In this document: positions 50,710 through 63,439 of the stretch, in pieces
Layout of the letters: every line of letters begins with the position of its first letter
Numbering within the stretch: position 1 is the stretch's first letter
NCBI RefSeq assembly: GCF_006345805.1
Contig: NC_043000.1
Location: forward strand, 142,910,001 to 142,974,000
Source of the DNA: Octopus sinensis
Lineage: Eukaryota
Reading direction: 5' to 3'
DNA: 64,000 bases
The notes under the pieces: generated by a model
What the model was told of the DNA's origin: nothing
What the model saw: only the letters and a program-made list of their open reading frames with translations
Database searches by the model: none
Made by a program: the position numbers and the translations under genes

Positions 50710-51564
50710 ATACAGAAATGCCTTCAAACACAATGAAATGATGGCTAAATTCTTCATTGTCTCTCAAATTTAATATATCTTTAGTAAACGAATGATGTGT
50801 ATTCACCAAAGTAACAAAAGAAGTGAATGAGATGTTAGATAAATGGATGAGAGAGAAGTTGTCGCTTTTGACTCACCATATGCTTACTATTAACAGTTAG
50901 AATTGGACAAGACTGTCTGATTAAGGAACTTCAAAAGGATTTATGGAGTTTCCTTTTCAAAGAATGATTTGTTTGTGAACCCAGTTCTGTTATTAGATGA
51001 ACATAAGAAGGAGGGAGAGAGAGAGAGAGAGAGGGAGAAAAGCATGTAGGGGGGGTTGAGTAAGTATCCTCTACCAGAGTGAAAGCATCCCTTTAGCTAA
51101 TAAGCGTTAGGTAATTCCTGTTGCTAATTCTTCACATTTGGCAGGTCTGGTTGTCAAACATCCACTGATATTGATTGCAGCTTAACAAGAACATATAACT
51201 GTTCTTTTTCTCCATTCTTCTGCCTACACTGCTCTTAGACCTTATTTGTTTTCTTGTCATCTGCCTTCTTGCCAAGTTAGCTTAAATAAACTTGGCTGAT
51301 TTAAATTCAACAACTTAGATTCATTATTTTAATTGTGATGCCATCAAATACGCATGCAAAATTTATTGGGCACCTGCTTGCTCATATTGGTCAGTAAATT
51401 CCATGTGTAGTTAGTTCTTCCATGGCAATGTTTAGTTTTCTTCTGATGGCATCGTCCAATTTGATCTGGTATTTTGCTTATGAACATTTCTGTGAGTGAA
51501 AATTACAAGTTCCAGGAATAAATCAAGGCAGCGTCATATTACATATCAATATGTTTTTAAAATA

Positions 51565-51853
51565 TGCCCACCAGCATATGGAGTAGTGGTTAAGAACACG
51601 GGCTACTAACCCCAAGATTCCAAGTTCGATTCCAGGCAGTGACCTGAACAATAATACAAGTAATAATAATAATAATAGTAATAATAATATAATAATAATA
51701 ATAACATCGAAAAATACCCTAGGAATGAGAACCCAGGTTTGAAATTTCTCCAAGACACTTGATGAAGGCTGGAGGGTATATCAGCCGAAACGTTGTGTTA
51801 ACAACAAACAAGATGAGGACAAATATCCATCAAATCTAAATAATGTAAATAAT
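51565..51853 (+). mobile_element. tRNA-headed SINE-like element with (AAT)n linker and hammerhead-containing tail
   Basis: A-box TGGAGTAGTGG at 51579-51589, stem-loop GGG-CTACTAA-CCC, B-box GTTCGATTCC at 51624-51633, then (AAT)n, then the hammerhead fold at 51754-51799. Confidence 0.7.
51754..51799 (+). ncRNA. Minimal type I hammerhead-like motif (C3U in this copy)
   Basis: gacac-TTGATGA-a-GGCTG-gagggtatat-CAGCC-GAA-ACGT-T-gtgtt. Confidence 0.6.
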
Positions 51854-51959
51854 GTTTTCAAAAATTTTATCACCAATATTCTATGGAATACAGCTTCAAA
51901 ATAAATATAGATTTGATGATAATCTTATGCAGTTTTAAGCTAATATATATTTGACACTA

Positions 51960-53730
51960 TCATCATCATCACCATCACCATCATCATCATCATCATCATC
52001 ATCATCACCACTATCATCACCAAAATCTCATTTAATGTCAGTTTTTCATTCTGGCATGGATTGGATGACTTGATGGAAGCTGGCAATGCCAGGAGCTGCA
52101 AAAGGTCCCATAGTCTGTTTTGGCTAGGTTTCTACAGCTTGATGCCCTTCCTAGTGTCAACCACAAAACTGGCTGCTTTTTATGCAGCACCACCACTAGT
52201 GCTGTTTTACATGGAATCTCAATTTTTGGATATCATTTCAGTTGTGGTAAGCAGGTCTTCTTGAGCACAACAATGTGTCACACTTGATCCTCTGTCATCT
52301 CTTTCATAAAGCTCAGTGTTTTGAGCTCAGCCTTCAATACTTTGCTTCATGTCTTCCTGACTCTCCCACTTCCATGAGTTCCTTCCTCTTTGAGAGATCA
52401 GCACTTCTCTATGGAGCTGTCCTCATCCATCCACACCACATGACCAAACCAGCACAGTCTTCTCTCTTACACACTGCTTATAATTCCTCTTATGCCTAAT
52501 TTTTCTCTCACTACACTAGTGCTCTAACACACATGTACACTGACATTTCACATCCAGTAGAGTATAGCAGTTTTGTTCCTTTCTAGTCTTCACATGTCCT
52601 CTGAAATCCGAATTCATGTCTTACTACCATGCAGCATTGCCATTTGTATACATACATCATGCAATGTTCCTTTCACTTGAAGAAAGAAACATTTGGTTGC
52701 CAACAGGAGTAAAAGCACTCTGAATTTTTATCATCCTATCCTTATTCTAGTAATTACACTATCTCTACATCCTTCTCCACTGCTAATTAGGTCAACTAAG
52801 AAACAGAAATAAAAATAAAGGCAGTGAGCTGGCAGAAACGTTAGCACGCTGGGCGAAATCCATAGCCGTATTTCATCTGCTGTTACGTTCTGAGTTCAAA
52901 TTCCGCCGAGGTCGACTTTGCCTTTCATCCTTTCGGGGTCGATTAAATATGTACCAGTTACGCACTGGGGTCGATATAATCGACTTAATCCGTTTGTCTG
53001 TCCTTGTTTGTCCTCTCTGTGTTTAGCCCCTTGTGGGTAGTAAAGAAATAGAAATAAATATAATCTACTACTTCCAGAGAGCCTCTGGGGCATTTGAGGA
53101 AACCAGTTTCTCATGTATCTGTTATCTTTACAGCTCTTGTGCATCTTCCACATTCAAACACTACTTTCTCTGTTAACCTTCCTGATATTCCACTGCACCT
53201 CTTGTGTGTCCATAGCTTTCACTGTGTGCACCAATTGGAATGTCTGTCTACACCCTTCCTACATATTGTCTGTCTACACCCTTCATTTACTTGAAGGTGG
53301 TAAGGTTCTGTCACTTACTAAACCTAGGTCATTGAAGACCCATTGATTCCAGGTTTTGTTTCCACACCAGGAATTTTAGTTTTAATTCTGTTACATATAC
53401 TACTATGAGGGCAAAAATCATCAACATATATTAGTTTGTATGGACTTCCAATCTTAAATTCCCCTGTTAGGTCCTTAAGTCTGAATTTGCTAACCACTAA
53501 CCTAAGTTGAGTTGTAAATTTTTCACCTGGGAAGGACTGTGTATTCACAAGCATAGGTCTATTCCTGTTTCTGGTGAAGATGTAGTCAATCTTGCAAGCA
53601 TGCCACCAGATTTATAAGTGATCAGATGGTTGGTAATTTTCCTGAAGCTAGTATTGCAAACCCTTAAGTTATTTGCATCACAGAATTCCAGCAGCCTTGT
53701 TCCCTCTTCTTAAAATACTTATCCCTATGT
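51960..53730 (-). mobile_element. Internally deleted RTE LINE (APE end fused to RT motif 5, PHD-like insert, C-terminus, 3'UTR, tail), interrupted by SINE C
   Basis: EEGTRLLEFCDANNL…IDYIFTR… then EFKIGSPYKLIYVDD then ICRKGV…CTQ*KLWTHKRC…FECGRC; (CAT)n at 51960-52020. Confidence 0.8.
52820..53050 (+). mobile_element. Full-length SINE family C
   Basis: ggcagtgagctggcagaaacgttagc…gagttcaaattcc…gtgggtagtaaagaaata; splits the RTE. Confidence 0.9.
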
Positions 53731-56048
53731 CTGGGAGCTCTTAAAAACAGGTGGCTAAATCTATCATGACAGTTTCACCATTTCACCATAATAAGAAAAT
53801 CACATTTGTCTAAGTACAATTTTATCGTAGAAAAGTTATGATCAGTGAGTGGGGAATATCACCCACGTAATTGCAGACATGCACCAAACAAATAAAGATG
53901 GACAATACAATGAATTCAAAGATCTGCATACCAAAGATATATCCTATGTAGCCATTTCCTGTCAAATACAACTGCCCAAAAGCATCAAATAAGATATACT
54001 ATATATTGTATTCAAATGTTATTAACACCACTTTTATGAAAAGAAGAATGAAATTAAGAAACAGAAAACTAATTTGTTCGAATAAAAGTTTTAAAATTTA
54101 AAAACACAATGAGAGAAATAAAGAGACGATGAAATAAATCTTGCTATAGAGAGATTTATAGATAAAAAATAAATCTCTCCATTGGGTGATTTCAATAGAT
54201 TTTATTCTACACACGAAAATTGTGATACTTTATATATACTGTATAATAATATGATAAAATAAACAAAAATTATGTGTATTTTAAATTACTCTCATGGCTT
54301 TTGCATGGTGTTATTGCTTCAGATTCAATTCATTATTTCAGATAAAGTCACATATGAAGCAAGTATTAATACCACTCCAAAATTATTATACAAAAATATA
54401 CTGGAAGTAAAATACATCATAGAACCACTTGTAATTTCACAATTTACACACTATAACTAAAATTAAAATTTCACTTTTGGAGTTTTAATTTCTCATTTCA
54501 TGCTAGTTTTCTCACAGAGGTTGAACTGAAAATAGAGAAATATAAGATTATATTCTTACTTACCATGGATAAATAAGGATTTCTTTGGCTAGGCATACAG
54601 CCAGTTTGATAGTTGATAGATAATAATCAGTTGAGATAGTACTTTCTATGTTTTATTGATAATCATTTTATCAAGCCAAATGAACTGAAATATATACTAT
54701 GAATATATAGCATTTCTGCTAACTAATCAAAGCTTATGAGGCATCAATGAATTTTGGAAACATGTTAATACTGTATACTCACACATACACACACACATAC
54801 ATACATGTATGGACGCACACATACATATTTACATATTATAAATGAGATGACTTCCTGTTAATAAGATTAAAACTTAATGGATTATTAACCTCATCATTCG
54901 AGATGGAAAATGCAAATATTGAAAAATGTAATGTATTTGGTACCACCATCAATTAAATATTTACATTACAAACATCAAGCATATATTCACCTACAGAAAT
55001 TACTCAATTTTGTACTCATATTTTTTATTCATATTTTAATGGAACCACTCTTAAAATCTGATCTAACTACACACTTGCACAAACATCTGCACACCAAACA
55101 TCTCTTTTATCTTATAATGTTTATGTGTTTTTCATTCATTGAACTGCAGTCATGCTGGGGCACTGCTTTGATTGGTTTGGTCAAACAATTCAACCTTAGT
55201 ACTTACATTTCTTTTAAACCAAGAATTTTTTTATCAGCCTTTTTTGCTGACCTGATAAATTATAGGGACATAAACAAATCAACACTGGGGACCAGGTGGT
55301 GGTAAAGACACACACATACTCATTTATATACAACAGGTTTTTTCTAGTTTCTGTTGTGTGGACACCCCCAGACGATGAAGTTGGCTTTCCCAATACATAT
55401 ATATAGAGGGAGAAGCCTAGACATTAAGAGAACAGAAGAGTAGAGTAGAGAAGATTTGAGTAGAAGGCATCCGAACATACGATATAACAGTTTCCAAGAC
55501 CATATACACTCATAAGGCCTTGGTCAGCCCAGGACTACAGTAGAAGATATTTGTCCAAGGTGCCACACAGTGAGACTGAACCCAGATCTATGTGGTAGGG
55601 AAACAGATTTCTTACCACAGAGCCATGCCTGCAACTTTTACTTTCACTAGTTTCAGTAATCATATCAATAAAATAATGTTTATTGTATTTATCTCAAAAC
55701 AGTAAAAAAGCAAATTTGACCTGGATATAAAGGAACCTGCAGCTGATAACGAACCTTGAAATTGAAACCCAAATGCTTAAGTTCTAATACCAACACCACT
55801 GATGAACAATGTTACTATATCTGGTAATACTGATTTCAAATTTTGGCACAATGCCAGCAATTTCAGAGAGGGGAGAAAATCAATAACATCAACTCCAGTG
55901 TTCAACTGGTACTTATTTTATCAACATCAAAAGGATGAAAGGTGAAGTAGATCTCAGTAGAATTAGAACTCATAGTACAAATGGACAAAATGCTGCTAAG
56001 CATTTTGCCTAGCAAGCTAACAGTTCTGCCAGTTCACAACCTTATATA

Positions 56049-56245
56049 TTTACTCTTTTACTCTTTTACTAGTTTTAGTCATTTGACTGTGGCCATGCTG
56101 GAGCACCGCCTTTAGTCGAGCAAATCGACCCCAGGACTTATTCTTTGTAAGCCCAGTACTTATTCTATCGGTCTTTTGCTGAACCGCTAAGTGACGGGGA
56201 CGTAAACACACCAGCATCGGTTGTCAAGCAAACACACAAACACAT

Positions 56246-56276
<31 letters not shown>

Positions 56277-56446
56277 CATATATACGATAGGCTTCTTTCA
56301 GTTTCTGTCTACCAAATCCACTCACAAGGCATTGGTCAGCCCGGTCTATAGCAGAAGACACTTGCCCAAGATGCCACACAGTGGGACTGAACCCGGAACC
56401 ATGTGGTTGGTAAGCAAGCTACTTACCACACAGCCACACCTGCACC
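56049..56446 (-). mobile_element. Full-length SINE family B
   Basis: Matches 37402-37857. A decayed B copy lies at about 55320-55630 and a C-subfamily copy at about 55825-56040. Confidence 0.85.
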
Positions 56447-56676
56447 TATATTTGGTAATATTAACCAAGAAAAAATTACCACCGATAAATAATTCTTTTT
56501 ACTCTGAGCACAAGGCCTGAGATTTTGGGAGATAACAACCCCAATGCTCTACTGATGCTTATTTTATTGACTATGAAAGCATGAATGGCAAAGCTGACCT
56601 TGGTAGCACTGAAATTCAGAATCATATGACGGATGAAATTCCTCTAAGTATTTTTATTTGTCATGCTAATGATTCT

Positions 56677-57091
56677 TATTTCTTTATTGCCCACAAGGGG
56701 CTAAACGTAGAGGGGATAAACAAGGACAGACAAAGGGATTAAGTTGATTACATCAACCCCAGTGCATAACTGATACTTAATTTATCAACCCCGAAAGTAT
56801 GAAAGGCAAAGTGGACCTTGTCGGAATTTGAACTCAGAACGTAACGGCAGACGAAATACCTATTTCTTTACTACCTACAAGGGGCTAAACACAGAGAGGA
56901 CAAACTAGGACAGACAAAGGGATTAAGTCGATTACATCGACCCCAGTGCATAACTAGTACTTAATTTATCAACCCCGAAAGGATGAAAGGCAAAGTGGAC
57001 CTCGGCAGAATTTGAACTCAGAACATAATGGTAGATGAAATAGTGCTAAGCATTTCGCCCGGCGTGCTAATGTTTCTGCCAACTCGCCGCC
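56677..57091 (-). mobile_element. SINE C tandem dimer (231 bp plus 184 bp) inside one 16-bp TSD
   Basis: TCATGCTAA(T/G)GATTCT at 56661-56676 and 57096-57111; junction at 56860/56861. Confidence 0.85.
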
Positions 57092-57269
57092 TTCATCATG
57101 CTAAGGATTCTGCTATTTTACCATCTTGTCTAGCAAAACATCTGTGACATCAATAATCTGACTGAGCTTACAGTCATGTGGGAAGAATTATGTAGTTAAG
57201 CACTTGAATGAAAGAGTTCCAACTACCAAACCTTATGCATAATTTCTGAGAGAAGGAAAGCAGGCATGG

Positions 57270-57659
57270 ATAGAACTAGGCACTTGATGTAGGCCTCCAT
57301 GTTGAGTCTGCAGCCATGTGAGAAGATGAATGGAGACATAATGTCGCCATCACTAGTGATCACTCCAAACCCCATGATGTTGACTGGGTGTTTGATTTTT
57401 ATCACTCTCGCTACATGTCCTCAGATTGACACCAAAACACTCTGAAATGTTCGTATTGGAGCATCCAGTGTGAATGCCAAGTAGTACAGCATGTCGTTTC
57501 CAAATTTCTGACAGAGTGACTTGTGTCATGGTGCTATTTTTTCTCACAGATGGTGCCCAACTGACCCTACTATACTGTGTAGTCAGAAAATTCAAAAATA
57601 AATAATGCAGAAGCACAAAATTAAAAATATAAAATGGCGACAATTTATCCATCGCACCC

Positions 57660-57661
<2 letters not shown>
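57270..57661 (-). mobile_element. Internally deleted maT-like element, 5' end
   Basis: TA|TAGGGTGCGATGGATAAATTGTC terminus (19/26 identical to the 7601 terminus); MTQVTLSEIWKRHAVLLGI…GVNLRT fused to IKHPVNIMGFGVITSDGDIMSPFIF. Confidence 0.8.
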
Positions 57662-57701
<40 letters not shown>

Positions 57702-59124
57702 ATTAGACCAAATATCTTATGATCCATAAAGGTACTTGCTCCTTACCTGTATTTGACCTCTACATTTTATCCTATATCAATGCATTTGCTTTGATTTGAA
57801 CATCTTTCTTTTTCTTTTTTACTTAAGTACTTCATTTCACTTAGCCCATATTGTATTCATTTATGGTAATATAGTGATATATTATGGCTATGTGGCACTT
57901 TGGACAGGTGTCTTCTGCTATAGCCCCGAGCCGACTGAAGCTTTGTGATTGAATTCGGCAGGCGGAAGTTACTGCCGTGTATGTATATGTGCGTGTAGGT
58001 GCTTGTGCCTCTCCGAAAGAGAGAGAGAGGGATCCATAACCCATAACTGCATAGCATATGTTTTCTAAGCTTAAGTGTGGAGGGAAGTTTTTAACACTAT
58101 ATAATATAATATGTTCTCTGATATTATAGAATTTATATCTATAAATTTTCATTTCCAATCAGGTACTGTTTTAATCATTAGACTTCTCAACATTTTACAT
58201 GATCAGCTTGTTAAATCTTATTGCTGTTTATGAATTAGGACCCTTGTTTCTGATTATTTATTCAAGAATTTTTTTAAATTATAAATTTAGTTTTTATCAT
58301 TATTCAAAGAAAGTCTATTTGATTTTTACCATCATTTCAATTTAGGTATTTCATCATTCATCATTAAGACTACTTCATTAGACGTGTTCACTTTTACTTA
58401 TTTATTTGCATTGACTGTTTGCAAAGGATAATATAAATCAAATATGTATGGGCGTACTGAATGATGTATAAAAAAAGAATTATTAATGGATCGAACTTTT
58501 AATTTACTTTTTAGTTGGAGTAAAATGGCGGCTTTTTTTTTTAAAGAGGAGGGAAATCATTTGAATTAAGAAATAATTTTATAAAATTTATCCTCGTGTT
58601 TCACAGAAAATGGAATTGATGTTACAGTAGATGGTAAAAGTAATGAACATGTTCCAATTTTTATAGCAGAGTGTTAGTAACTTTACCACACAAGTCATAT
58701 TGGGATAAATGTGTCCTTCCGTTCATAAAGAACATACAGACACTCACACACAAAAGGTAATCTGTATATCGTACAAAACACATATATACAAATTTACACA
58801 CATAATAGCATGTATGCATGCAATTACTCAAAGGCTGAGTTGAAATCGTGGCAGGCGACAACTAAAGTAAACAGTGTGTGTATGTGAGTGCATATTTCAG
58901 CACTCTGCACTATCTCTGCCTGTGACAGAATGTGCACCAACATGAGATAGTTGTCTCGATAGTAATCGATCTTTGGCAAGAGCATTCAGGAACATCATGT
59001 CCAGACTTATCCATGCTGTGGTGTTATCTCTCCATCTCTTAGGTTGCCAATGCAAAATATTTTTCATACAAAAAAGAGCACTGCAAAATAGAAGTTTTGA
59101 AACAAAAAAAAAATTGGTCAGCAT

Positions 59125-60975
59125 GTAATTAGTAATCCACAAATAGCTCCTTATTGCCTTATTTGGAATGCTGACATATATGTAGAAAACAGTAATTCTA
59201 TAAAGTCAATCAAGTACGTTGTAAATATATCAATAAAGTTTCTGATGTTGTCGTACACATTATCTAACGACAGACATTTCAAGGTGAAATCACACAATTG
59301 CAGATGGGGCAGTATATTTGTAGCAACGAGGCCAAGAATTGCTTTGCTGGAAGCTGGATTATTTGATCTGGTTATGTGCTGCTCCCAAGTAAAACCAATT
59401 ACAATATCTAGTTTTAATTAACATGTTTATTAGAAATTATTGTTGCAATTTTTACTTTACAAAAAGTTGTTATGCTGAATAAGAGCAGTGAGTGATAATA
59501 TATGTTTAGAGAGGGGAAAAAACATTATTTGTGCTTAATAAGAGGTGAGAATGTTAAATGTTCATGTTTGGCCAGGGAAGATATTTTTACATGAGGTCAG
59601 AGAGACATGGTCGCCAGCTAACGAAGATGTTTGTTCTCTCAAATTCTTTCACATCCTCTGTGTTATATTTCTCATGCATTTTAATTTATAACTATAATTT
59701 GGTGCAAAACAGCATGGAAATTTCAATTAATCTTAACACCACACAAATATGACAGAGCATCATTTGGTTGAAATATGGTTCAAAGTTACCTGATAAAAAC
59801 CGTTGTCCCCAAATATGGAAACTGAAAAACCGTGGCTTTTTTTTCCTTACTTAATTTACAGGGTTTTGAATGTTGAGTATTGCTACAAAACGTTTTCGAG
59901 AATACATAAATTCTTATTCTTTATTCATGAACGATATCCTCCAACACAACTGGCTATTCATGTAACAAGTAGACAGAGAATGTATTTTATGACAGAAACT
60001 GCTGCTCATATTTCCCTAACTCCAAGGGAAACTACATTAACAGTATATTTCAGATTTTGCTAGAAAGATACTTTCACTAAAACAATGTTATACTATATTA
60101 TTATACATCAAACAATAAACTAAGGAGTTGTAGAAAACAAAATGCTGAGGTTGATTTGACAATGTTGAGCTGGCAGAAGTGTTAGCATGCTGGGCGAAAT
60201 GCTTAGCGTTATTTCGTCTGCCATTACGTTCTGAGTTCAAATTCCGCCGAGGTCGACTTTGCCTTTCATCCTTTCGGGGTCGATGAAACAAGTACCAGTT
60301 ACGCACTGGGGTTGATGTAATCAACTTAATCCCTTTGTCTGTCCTTGTTTGTCCTCTCTGTGTTTAGCCCCCTTGGACAATAAAAAAATAAAGAAATAAA
60401 TGTTCTGAGAAGAGTTTTATACTATACACCCAACTCAACAAGAATGGTTTTAAGGCTACTTTTTCATGAAATCTGTGATTCTCTAACCCTTCTTCTCATT
60501 TGAACCATTCACGGTCATGTTTGTTTTTCTTATAGAGCAGCATCTTTTAGATTAGGATTACTACAAGATGACATTCATTGGAGGGCAGCTATGCTAGATG
60601 CTACAATGTCTTACATATCACGAAGCTTGGGAACACTATTTACTATTCTGTTTAAAAGCTGTGGTTTAGGAGATCCAGTATCAATATGGCTAATATACGA
60701 AAATGATCTTGCAGATTATAAATACTGGATTCAGTTACAATGTTCAGGCAGGAAAATAGAATATACTGTGATGAAATCTATGAGTCAGCATTAATTGCTG
60801 TGGAAGACAAAGTTGTTTCCTATGAGGAAAAGTAAATTGTACTTGTATGGGTTTTCTCATTCCAATGGTTTTAAAGTTAATATTTTAACAACAGAGCTAT
60901 TAAAAGAAACTTCCTACAACACTGAAGACCTCTCAAGATATGCAAGGGAAAATGAACTCAAATTGCTGCCACCAT
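59125..60975 (+). mobile_element. Helitron RepHel remnant in three collinear blocks
   Basis: NADIYVE…SIKY(frameshift)CKYINK…EITQLQMGQYICSNEA (about 59125-59340); IHERYP…QRMYF…ETTLTVYF (about 59915-60100); LGLLQDDIHW…DEIYESALIAVEDKV…LKETSYN (about 60535-60975). Confidence 0.8.
60164..60395 (+). mobile_element. SINE family C inserted in the Helitron remnant
   Basis: gagctggcagaagtgttagc…gagttcaaattcc…. Confidence 0.85.
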
Positions 60976-61220
60976 TGCTATACACAAAAGATTGTTTTTC
61001 TTTTTTTATCTTAATGCTGCTACAGAAACTAGTAAGCATCTGTTACTAAACAGTTAATTACCAAAGTGTGACTACAGAACAAAATAGTTTTGGTTATTGC
61101 TTCTTCAGGTATTCTTGCTACTTTACTTCTGGGAGGAAGAGCTACCCACTTTATTTTCAAATTGCTTATGAATGTATCTAACAATGGTATACCTATTTGT
61201 AATAGTGACTTGAAATTTTG

Positions 61221-61652
61221 TCTCTTTATTGCCCACAAAGGGCTAAACATAGAGGGGACAAACGAGGATAGACAAAGGGATTAAGTCGATTTCATCGACC
61301 CCAGTGCGTAACTGGTACTTAATTTATCGACCTCGAAAGGATGAAAGGCAAAGTCGACCTTGGCGGAATTTGAACTCAGAACGTAAACAGACGAAAAGCT
61401 GCTAAGCATTTTGTCTGGTGTGCTACCGTTTCTGTAACATACTTCAAATTTTAGCACAAGGCCAGCAATTTTGGAGGAGGGGCGCAGTTGACTACCTTGA
61501 TCCCAGTGCCTGACTGGTACTTATATATCGACGTCAAAAGGATAAAAAGCAATTTGAAGCTCAGTGGTACTTGAATTCAGAACTGAAAGTCAGAAGAAAT
61601 GCTGCTAAGCATTTTTTCTGACGCAGTAAGGATTATGCCAGCTCACAGCCTT
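61221..61652 (-). mobile_element. Two adjacent SINE C-type copies, one in the tail of the other
   Basis: ctt(g/c)aaatttt flanks the 61221-61436 copy. Confidence 0.7.
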
Positions 61653-62124
61653 ATACTTGCCTGTTTGTAATATTAGCAAAACATCTGGAGTAGGAGAAGC
61701 ACTAATGAAGAGTCATCTCATTTAGGAGGCATGCACAACAGCAAACAAAATGTCTTTGTAAGTTCTGAATCAAAGCTTGCAAGATTTAAGAACTTTTGAA
61801 CTATTAATGTGTTGCATTACAATTGTATTCTCAGAAGAATTTTGCCAGGTTTTGCAAGTAATTCCAAAGAACACTAGAGCATTTGAGTTAATCACTTACT
61901 TAAAGTCACTTTATCTGTGGAATCAAATAGCAAGAATGAGTCTAACTAGAATATGGATTTTGGCTTATTGGGTGATGATTTGCAAATGAATTTGCTCAAA
62001 GTTTATTGGGACTTGGAAAAGATAGGGTATCCCTTGTTTAAAATAATTGTTTAGATACATCTTTAATCAGAACATCAGCTTCATCCCTTCATGAACTAAT
62101 AACAAAAATATTTTTAAATTTTCA

Positions 62125-62745
62125 GAGCAAGTAAAGTGTGATCACAGCTGTATCCTATACCAGAGGTCGCATAACCAGCCCATTTAAAAAGTACTTTTGA
62201 ATTGTTGGTGACATGCCATGCTTGAGGAGATCAATTGTGTCAAGTAAAATCAAAATCATAATTAAATCAAATCACAATCAAATGGAAATTGTAGTTGTGA
62301 CTGATGCCAGTGATGCCTGACTGGCTCCCATGCTGGTGGCATGCAATAAGCACCATTCATGCATGGGTTGTTGCCAGTGCTGCCTGACTGGTTTTCATGC
62401 TGGTGCTACATAAAAAGCACCCACTACACTCTCAGAATGGTTGGCATTAGGAAGGGCTTCCAGCTGTAGAAACTTTGCCAGATCAGATTGGAGCCTGGTG
62501 TGGCCTCCTGGTTTGCCAGTCCCCAGTCAACCGTTCAACACATGCCAGCATGGAAAACGGACATTAAATGATGATAATGATAATGCTGCTGCTGATGATG
62601 ATGATGCTGCTGATGATGATGATGGTGGTGATTGTGGTGGTGGTGGTTGGGGTGGTGGTGGTGGTGATGGTGGTGATGAGGATGAGGATGATGAGGATGA
62701 TGATGAGGAGGAGGATGATGATGATGATGATGAGGATGATGATGA
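62125..62745 (+). mobile_element. RTE 3'UTR with an expanded (GAT/GGT/GAG)n tail
   Basis: ggttggcattaggaagggcttccagctgtagaaa…catggaaaacggacattaaat then mixed triplet repeats to about 62745. Confidence 0.8.
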
Positions 62746-63439
62746 TAGCCACCAGCAAAATCACACATATCTATATAAAAGATACTTGCACCAACAAATA
62801 TCACTGTCAACAGCATAAATAATAAGCTATTGGGTTATATTTCAGAAAAAAACACAGACTTGTAAATCAATAGATTCAGTTCCAAACCCTGCCAAAGCTG
62901 AATTCTTAAATTCTAAGGAACTTCTTGGGCTTCCACCATACTTCTCTTAAAAAAGCCCTGTAATTTATTGGCATTATCTGACATATACAAATTAAATATT
63001 CCTTACATAGTATTGTTGCATTACATGTTTGTTCAGTATTTATGAGGTTGATAATAAAGACTAATATTCCAGCCAAAGTAATGAAGAGTTTCTGCCACAG
63101 TCCTGCTGTTCTCCTGTCAAACAATGCACAGATGATGAAGACTTTCTTGTAGCTTCACATGTGACTTATTCAGTGAATTTTTTCCAAGTATTTTACCTGG
63201 ATTCATTGTGTTACCTCTGTCATTAGTTGCCATTTCATAATGATTTTTGTCCTACAATTGTTTAACTTTCTGTTTGTAGGTCTTACTGACCTCCATTCTC
63301 TAATTTTTTTCACTTTGTTTAACACTTTACCTTTGCCGCCATTCTTCATTTACATTGAAGATTACATCAACTATGGGTCTCTTCCCATCAATACCCTATC
63401 TGGAACTACAGCAAAATTAAAGCCTCACTCCTTTAGTAA

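Noticed and set aside
52900-52960. HDV-like fold in the SINE C central domain (GGTCGAC…CCTTTCGGGGTCGAT)
   Set aside because: The L3 length and the P1.1 GG do not fit; it is more likely a conserved SINE central domain.
58521-58531. YY1-like AAAATGGCGGC as a promoter
   Set aside because: It is an isolated short match with no CpG island or nearby first exon, and a similar motif occurs inside the transposon end at about 57631.
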